DNA from: an uncultured Chroococcidiopsis sp.
Lineage (GTDB): Bacteria > Cyanobacteriota > Cyanobacteriia > Cyanobacteriales > Chroococcidiopsidaceae
Direction of reading: 5' to 3'
Length of the DNA: 52,749 bases
NCBI GenBank assembly: GCA_964248365.1
Contig: CAXTYC010000036.1
Coordinates: 1-52,749 of the forward strand
Part shown: piece by piece, positions 46,584 to 52,749 of the stretch
Layout: every line of letters begins with the position of its first letter
Numbering within the stretch: position 1 is the stretch's first letter
Position numbers and translations under genes: made by a program
Notes under the pieces: model-generated
The model's database searches: none
Seen by the model: the letters and a program-made list of their open reading frames with translations, nothing else
Told to the model about the DNA's origin: nothing

Positions 46584-48401
46584 TTAAATTCCGTGACTTT
46601 TACCAATTACCCAATGTCGTCGAAAGAAACGGGCTAAAGCTGACTCTTCTAGAGATAAATAAATTGGGCGACCATGAGGACAGGTACGGGGGTTACGGGT
46701 GCGTTGCCACTGATTTAGTAGAGTCTGCATTTGATCTAAATTTAGTGTTGTACCGTTACGGATAGCACAGCGACAAGCAGTTGCTACCTTCGCTGTTTGT
46801 AAGTCACCTCCCAAGCTAAGTTCTAGAAGTGCGTCGGCATAGTCGTCTCGCTCAAGTAGCATTGCAGGGGCGTTGCGGACTGCCCATAATTGTTGACCAA
46901 AAGGATCTACTTCTAAACCCAGGCGTTGAAGTTGGGATAATTGTGCTGGAGATAAATTGTTAAGAATTGTTGGGGGTTCTAAGGGAACTAGTTGCCAGCG
47001 ATCGCACAATTGCTCATACAACACTCGCTCATGGGCGATATGCTGTTCTACGAGCCACATTCCACCAGGATGCTCAGCCAAGATATAAGTATTGTGAACC
47101 TGAGCGATCGCTTTTAAGCAGGGGTGAGGCAGGGAAGAATTCTCCTCCTGACTCCTGACTCCTGACTCCTGACGTGTGGCTCCTGAATCTTCTGATTGTG
47201 GTTGAATTGAGCGACGTGTACCGTAGATGCCTTTTTCTTCTGCTGCTTTGATTAACTGGCACACCCGTGAATTGTGGAGAGCCTCTGGAACAAGAGCTTC
47301 ACTAAGACGAAGGGCTTGCTCAATTACATTTTGGATTTGTTCTTGCCAGTAACTTAAGTAGTGTAGATATATCTCTGACTTGGCAGGCTGACGGTTCCAG
47401 TTTACCAGGTGAGGAGCAATGCCAAGATGCAGGAAACAAACTGGATAGCGATCGCGTGGTAATGTCCGCGCCGTTGCCGTTAGTATCGTTTGTTCTAGTT
47501 CCTGCGACTTGATCATCCTACCATTGACTGCCACCCGCACCCAATCTGGACGATGACGATGACACCTATCAGGTAAACCTAAAACCAAAGTCAGTGCTGA
47601 GGTGTTAGTAGCTGTGTCAGTGTATTGAGTGGCTAAAGAGGATTTCTCCTCTGCCCCCCTGCCCCTGGGCAGCTCTGCCCCTCTGCCTCCCATCTCCCCC
47701 TCACACTTAGGAGTCGCCACCTCAACCTTCAGGTGCTGCAAATCACTTAAACGCACCATCCGCAGCAGCTGAGGTAGTAAATGCCCAGTGGTTGCACCTG
47801 GACAGAGGGTGAACCATTCGCGGTCATTTTGCCAGACTTGCCAGGTAACATGGGGATGACACAAGGCAATTTGCCCAATTGTAGCTTGTACCGCTTTCAT
47901 TTGTTGTGCTAGTGGGGGCAATCCAAGACGGCGTTCAACCCAAGCGGCAAATAAATTTGATACAGTGACAACTGTACCAGGAGCGATCGCCACTGTTTCC
48001 ACTTCAACCGCCTCTCCTTGAGAGCCATAAACAACGCGCCAACCAACGGAAGCGCCCTTGCGACTCAAAATTTCTAAAGAGGCTAGTTGGGCTAAACTAT
48101 GCAATGCTTCGCCGCGAAATCCTAGACTACTAATCTTCCACAAGTCTTCACAGCTACGAATTTTACTGGTGCTATGGGCAGCAGCGGCAAGTTTTAGGTT
48201 AAGTAAGTCCATACCGCAGCCATTATCAGCTACCCGCACCCGCCACAAATCAGGGTATACGTGAACCACAATGCGGGAGCAACCCGCATCGATGGAATTT
48301 TCTACCAGTTCCCGTACTACAGCTGCTAGAGAGTCAATTACTTCTCCAGCCGCGATTAGATCTATGACTTCTGTTGGTAAAGGTTTAATACTAGATTTCA
48401 T
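46584..48401 (-). CDS. mutL: DNA mismatch repair endonuclease MutL
   Basis: IAAGEVI, ELVENSIDAG, DNGCG, LGFRGEAL, EQHIAHER, ACR, CPHGRP. Confidence 0.97.
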   Translation of the reverse strand: MKSSIKPLPTEVIDLIAAGEVIDSLAAVVRELVENSIDAGCSRIVVHVYPDLWRVRVADNGCGMDLLNLKLAAAAHSTSKIRSCEDLWKISSLGFRGEALHSLAQLASLEILSRKGASVGWRVVYGSQGEAVEVETVAIAPGTVVTVSNLFAAWVERRLGLPPLAQQMKAVQATIGQIALCHPHVTWQVWQNDREWFTLCPGATTGHLLPQLLRMVRLSDLQHLKVEVATPKCEGEMGGRGAELPRGRGAEEKSSLATQYTDTATNTSALTLVLGLPDRCHRHRPDWVRVAVNGRMIKSQELEQTILTATARTLPRDRYPVCFLHLGIAPHLVNWNRQPAKSEIYLHYLSYWQEQIQNVIEQALRLSEALVPEALHNSRVCQLIKAAEEKGIYGTRRSIQPQSEDSGATRQESGVRSQEENSSLPHPCLKAIAQVHNTYILAEHPGGMWLVEQHIAHERVLYEQLCDRWQLVPLEPPTILNNLSPAQLSQLQRLGLEVDPFGQQLWAVRNAPAMLLERDDYADALLELSLGGDLQTAKVATACRCAIRNGTTLNLDQMQTLLNQWQRTRNPRTCPHGRPIYLSLEESALARFFRRHWVIGKSHGI

Positions 48402-48651
48402 ACGATCCAGTTTAAAGGAGGGGAGCTTAAGAGAGATGGGGGAGCAATCTTATCGCAGGGTTTGCTGGGGGAGAAAATGATTTAACTTTTCAATCAGCGA
48501 CAGGACTGGCTGTAAAATATGTTTTGCTACAAATATTTGAGTTCCCAACTGTTCCTCTAGCAGGAAATTTTGTACGTTCTTTCTTTAGAAAGATCGATTA
48601 AAGTTGTATTCCTTGGTACATTGCTTAAACAGAATTAAGTTAGGAATTATT

Positions 48652-49104
48652 ATGAGCAACAATCCTTTAAGCAACATTGTTCCCCCTCAGCCACCAATTG
48701 ATGCACAATCTAATGCTCATGAGCTTAAATCTCGTCTGGAATGGGGTGAACCAGCTTTTACAATTCTTGATGTACGTAGCCGAGAAGCATACAACGACGG
48801 TCATATTATGGGAGCGATGCCCATGCCTATGGATATGTTAGAACGGGTAGAGCCTACCCTAGCTAAAAGCCGCGATATTTACATCTACGGCGAAACAGAT
48901 GAAGAAACTGCCCAAGTAGCTCAAAAACTCCGTGCTGATGGATATGTACACGTATCAGAATTAAAAGGTGGTCTGCCAGCATGGAAAGCGATTGGTGGTC
49001 CTACTGAAGGCGTTGTTGAATCCAGAACTCCCGCTGGTGCAGATGACTACAACGTTGTAGCTCGCTTACAAAATCACGCGGAAACTCAGAAAAAAGACGT
49101 GTAG
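48652..49104 (+). CDS. rhodanese-like protein lacking the catalytic Cys
   Basis: ILDVR...GHIMGA and LKGGLPAW, but IYIYGET at the active loop. Confidence 0.88.
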   Translation: MSNNPLSNIVPPQPPIDAQSNAHELKSRLEWGEPAFTILDVRSREAYNDGHIMGAMPMPMDMLERVEPTLAKSRDIYIYGETDEETAQVAQKLRADGYVHVSELKGGLPAWKAIGGPTEGVVESRTPAGADDYNVVARLQNHAETQKKDV

Positions 49105-49213
49105 TTATTTGTGATTGAATGATAAGTGGTCAAGAGTCAACAGTCAAGAGTCAACTACAAAGGACAACAGACGAAGGATTTCTTACTACTCACTACCCAA
49201 TAATAAAAAACAC

Positions 49214-49252
49214 TCCCACCGAGAAAATATTTCAGGTGGGATATTTATTTTA
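49214..49252 (+). terminator. possible intrinsic terminator
   Basis: TCCCACC...GGTGGGA stem followed by a T-rich tract. Confidence 0.45.
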
Positions 49253-49499
49253 TATTCAATCTGTGTATAAATAAATTGCTAGGTAAATATTTTATCAGAA
49301 TAAATAGCAGATTGTAAAAAAAAATTATTACATTGTAAGAAATATTATAGAAGGCGATCGCTACTAATGTTTTGCAGCAGCAAAACCGGATCGGAACACA
49401 AAAGGGGCGATCGCAGGCTGCGACTGTAGATTACCCAATAGAGTCACTATGCTGTGTAAACTAGACAAAAGCGTGTGACTAAAATGTAGGAGTAAAATA

Positions 49500-49811
49500 A
49501 TGCCTGCGGCAGTAGGAGTAATTGAAACGCTGGGTTTTCCGGCTGTGTTAGCAGCAGCAGATGCAATGGTTAAAGCTGGCGCAGTTACAATCGTATATTA
49601 CGGGATGGCGGAAAGTGGTCGATTTCTAGTTGCTATTCGGGGGAGAGTGGCTGAAGTGAACACCGCTGTAGCGGCGGGAATTGCGGCCGGAGAACAAGCT
49701 TATGGTGGTCAAGTCATCACTCACTACATTATTCCCAATCCCAGCGAAAATGTAGAAACTGTTTTGCCCATCGAATACACTACAAAAGTCGAACAGTTCA
49801 GAATGTTTTGA
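49500..49811 (+). CDS. ccmK3: carboxysome shell protein CcmK3
   Basis: BMC domain AVGVIETLGFPAVLAAADAMVK with AESGR pore loop; first gene of a tandem pair. Confidence 0.88.
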   Translation: MPAAVGVIETLGFPAVLAAADAMVKAGAVTIVYYGMAESGRFLVAIRGRVAEVNTAVAAGIAAGEQAYGGQVITHYIIPNPSENVETVLPIEYTTKVEQFRMF

Positions 49812-49984
49812 GATCACCCACCTGCTTTTGACATTACTGACACAAAGCAGGAAAAAATTTTAACTCCTTGGCGCTCGTCCATTGTGATAGTAGCGCGATC
49901 GCTTTGTCAAAATGTATAGTGGGTGTTCGTAGAATTATTTCTTAGCTATACACAATAAATTGTTTACTTTATAGGAGATTGCCA

Positions 49985-50320
49985 GTGCCACAAGCAGTTG
50001 GATCGCTTGAAACGAAGGGTTTTCCGGCTATGCTAGCAGCAGCAGACGCAATGGTCAAAGCCGGACGAGTGACAGTAGTTAACTATATTAGAGCTGGTAG
50101 CGCTCGCTTTACAGTTAACATTCGAGGTGATGTTTCTGAAGTGAAAACGGCGATGGCAGCGGGGATTGATGCCGTAGAAAAAGTTTACGGCGGTACGCTC
50201 GAAACTTGGGTAATCATTGCCCGTCCCCATGAGAACGTGGAAGCAGTTCTGCCAATTGCCTTTACTGAAGAAGTCCAACAGTACCGCGATGCAGTGGAAC
50301 AACCCATAGTCCGTAGGTAA
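49985..50320 (+). CDS. ccmK4: carboxysome shell protein CcmK4
   Basis: BMC domain with YIRAGSARFTVNIRGDV; AGGAG 7 nt before GTG 49985. Confidence 0.9.
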   Translation: MPQAVGSLETKGFPAMLAAADAMVKAGRVTVVNYIRAGSARFTVNIRGDVSEVKTAMAAGIDAVEKVYGGTLETWVIIARPHENVEAVLPIAFTEEVQQYRDAVEQPIVRR

Positions 50321-50325
50321 TTGTT

Positions 50326-50371
50326 AGCTATTAGCTAATAGCTAATAGCTAATAGCTAATAGCTAATAGCT
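50326..50371. repeat. heptamer tandem repeat (GCTAATA)n
   Basis: Five GCTAATA units directly upstream of the glycosyltransferase. Confidence 0.9.
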
Positions 50372-50374
50372 TTT

Positions 50375-51109
50375 ATGGTGTCTCGCGTCTCTATTATTAT
50401 TCCGGTTCTGAATGAAGCAGGTTATATAGGGCGTACCTTACGTCAGTTGAATATCCTCGATCCTCCCGCTTGGGAAGTATTAGTAGTCGATGGTGGCAGT
50501 GAAGATGCAACGATCGCGATCGCATCAGGTGCAGGAGTAAATTTAATACTTTCCAACGAACGCGGACGAGCAGTACAGATGAACACTGGATCTTTCGCCG
50601 CAACCGGAGAAATTCTGTGCTTCCTACACGCCGATACTTGGGTTCCTGATGACTTGGTAGCAGTCATTGAGCAAACTTTAGGCGATCGCACAGTCGCAGC
50701 TGGGGGGTTTATCTCCCTCATGGCAGGTGCAAAGAATACACGGTGGGGAGTATCGCTGCATAACTACCTCAAAACTTACTACGCCCCACTGCTTTTTCGC
50801 CCTCACTTGTTTTTTAGAGGATTGCGCTTGCTATTTGGCGATCAGGTAATATTCTGTCGCCGTGTCGATTTTTGGGAGTGTGGTGGTTTTGATGTCAGCC
50901 TACCAATTATGGAAGAGGCTGATTTATGCTTGAAACTGGTGCGACGTGGACGTATTCGACAAGTAAACCGAATTGTCCAAAGTTCTGATCGCCGCGTAGC
51001 TCATTGGGGTTTTTTCAAAGCAACAGCTATATACATTTACATCGGCTTTTTATGGGGTATTGGTGTCTCGCCAGCATACCTCAAGCGATTTTATGAGGAC
51101 ATTCGATAG
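50375..51109 (+). CDS. GT2 glycosyltransferase (TIGR04283-like)
   Basis: SIIIPVLNE, VVDGGSED, GRAVQMNTG, FLHADT, FGDQ, IMEEAD, SSDRR. Confidence 0.9.
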   Translation: MVSRVSIIIPVLNEAGYIGRTLRQLNILDPPAWEVLVVDGGSEDATIAIASGAGVNLILSNERGRAVQMNTGSFAATGEILCFLHADTWVPDDLVAVIEQTLGDRTVAAGGFISLMAGAKNTRWGVSLHNYLKTYYAPLLFRPHLFFRGLRLLFGDQVIFCRRVDFWECGGFDVSLPIMEEADLCLKLVRRGRIRQVNRIVQSSDRRVAHWGFFKATAIYIYIGFLWGIGVSPAYLKRFYEDIR

Positions 51110-51398
51110 TAATTTGTAATTATGATGTGCTTGCCTTGATTGGAAGAGCTAGCAGAGTGTGATTATCTGTTTGTAATGACACTCACAGTTATTAAGACAA
51201 AAACTAAATAAGCTCAAACTAAAGATTTATTTCTATAAATCATCTCGAATCCATCTAAACCCTAGCTTCATTACTGTATAGAATTTACCTAATAATCCAA
51301 CTATACACAATTATGTAAATTATAAAACTATCAAAATATAGAGGTTATTTATTAATAATAAATTTATATTGGTTAATAGTTCTTAAAAAGTGAAATAC

Positions 51399-51818
51399 AT
51401 GGCTGACATTGTTGATACTGCCGTTAGCGCTGGCTCTTTCAATACACTAGTTGCGGCAGTCAAGGCGGCCAATCTGGTAGATACTCTCAAAGGTCCAGGT
51501 CCATTTACCGTCTTCGCACCTACTGATGATGCATTTGCTAAGCTACCAGCAGGTACAGTAGACGCATTGCTGAAGGATATTCCAAAACTAAAGAAGATTC
51601 TGACGTATCACGTCGTTTCAGGAAAAGTAATGGCTGCTGACGTAGTGAAGCTAAAGTCGGCTACCACAGTTGAAGGTTCAGATGTAAAAATCGATGCTTC
51701 CAATGGTGTCAAAGTAAATGACTCCAATGTCGTGACACCTGATGTTGCTGCTGACAACGGCGTTATCCACGTCATTGACACTGTGCTGCTTCCCGTAGAA
51801 GTTTCTACGAAGAAATAA
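51399..51818 (+). CDS. fasciclin (FAS1) domain protein
   Basis: [29 protein letters not shown]. Confidence 0.95.
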   Translation: MADIVDTAVSAGSFNTLVAAVKAANLVDTLKGPGPFTVFAPTDDAFAKLPAGTVDALLKDIPKLKKILTYHVVSGKVMAADVVKLKSATTVEGSDVKIDASNGVKVNDSNVVTPDVAADNGVIHVIDTVLLPVEVSTKK

Positions 51819-51821
51819 GAC

Positions 51822-51859
51822 TTATGGGGAAGCAACTATCTTTAGTCGCTTCCCCATAA
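51822..51859 (+). terminator. stem-loop terminator after the fasciclin gene
   Basis: TTATGGGGAAGC...GCTTCCCCATAA perfect 12-bp stem just after the stop. Confidence 0.7.
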
Positions 51860-52749
51860 ATGTTTATACGTGTCTTGCGCACTTGTTCAAACTCAGTTAT
51901 TATATCTTCCAAACCGTTGCAAAGGGCAAGTGTTAAACAAGCAAATTTACCGCAAGCCAGTAACTGACAAGTAGCGATACGACAATCAGCCACAAAATAA
52001 ATCTGTTCTCAGGTATAAAACGCATAAAAAGTTGGTTGATGATATTTTGGTTTAATTTAGGACGGATATATTTGCTCACTAATTAAATTTGCAAGCAGTA
52101 TTTGTCCGTCTGACTCTTCTCATGTTATGTATTGCCTACAAACAAGGCATCTATCAGTGGGATAATTTTTGCTTGACAAAAGCTAGTAAATAAGATATAG
52201 AGGAAATCGAGTAACTGGTAAGTAACAATAGATGAAGCAATCGCTTACCATCTGATAACTAACTACAAAAAAGCTTGGCATGGACATTTTGCTGATGTTA
52301 ACGTCTAGTAGCTCACTAGCCGTAGGATTTAAACATCTGTCAAACATTGTAAACTTATGTAACGTAAATTCTCAAAGCCCTTGTTCTACGGTTGTTTCAC
52401 TTCCGAACTTCGGTATCTCCGTGGGCGTGAAAACATTCCCAAAAAAAATTGAAATTGGACAAGGAGGAAGTAGTAAATATCGTAGAGAGTTGATTTTACT
52501 GTATTCAAGTTGGATTGATTTTTTACCATTTATGGGTAAGTTGAAAAACTATAACAGCAATCATTGTAATAATTCTTCATCCTATCTCCGATTTTGCCCT
52601 TATCTCGGCTTATACCCAATGCCAAGTCGCTCAAAAGTTTAGTCATTACAGATGCATAATAGTAAACTAATATGCACTACATCTAGCAAAAAAAAAGGCG
52701 TTGCATAATGGAAGAATGAACTGTCTTCATTGTGCATCTACAAAAACTA

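Larger units (their letters stand above)
1..52749. repeat. HIP1 octamer GCGATCGC dispersed through the window
   Basis: Roughly 50 copies counted by eye (e.g. 1389, 1583, 11051, 23301, 36421), against about 1 expected by chance. Confidence 0.95.

Noticed and set aside
49313..49332. NtcA or CRP site upstream of ccmK3
   Set aside because: TGTAA-N10-TTACA has the wrong spacing for either and lies in an A-rich tract.
49500..50320. Novel microcompartment locus
   Set aside because: This is the well-known satellite ccmK3-ccmK4 pair of beta-carboxysomes.
50375..51109. Arsenosugar biosynthesis operon
   Set aside because: Only the glycosyltransferase is present; there is no arsS radical SAM or arsM gene in the window.
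52280..52642. 120-aa ORF at the right end
   Set aside because: No recognisable motif, RBS or protein-like composition; probably a chance open frame.

Overview
Cyanobacterial chromosomal DNA, judged from the abundant HIP1 octamer GCGATCGC (roughly 50 copies by eye), heptamer/octamer tandem repeats and ccmK3/ccmK4. Most of the window is housekeeping or signalling: tmk, a CtaA-type Cu ATPase, a CPBP protease, two dihydroorotase paralogs flanking lepB, a CHASE4-GAF-GGDEF-EAL protein, tsaE, yvcK, ruvC, a ClpC paralog, an FHA-PAS histidine kinase and mutL. The standout is a ~14 kb block (20648-34796). It holds an alpha-oxoamine synthase (Spt-like), a bacterial-ceramide-synthase-like GNAT and a CerR-like reductase, together with a Rieske oxygenase, two paralogous GH3 acyl-adenylating enzymes, a His-box hydroxylase/desaturase, an MFS and a MacB/DevC-type ABC exporter, but no ACP or acyl-CoA ligase. 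This looks like an uncharacterised sphingolipid-like or amino-lipid pathway. Also seen: a frameshifted FAD monooxygenase at the left edge, short tandem repeats inserted in frame into several proteins (including MutL), REP/MITE-like palindromic elements and a recurring GTA-N4-TAC palindrome. Family calls come from motifs recognised by eye; no database search was run.
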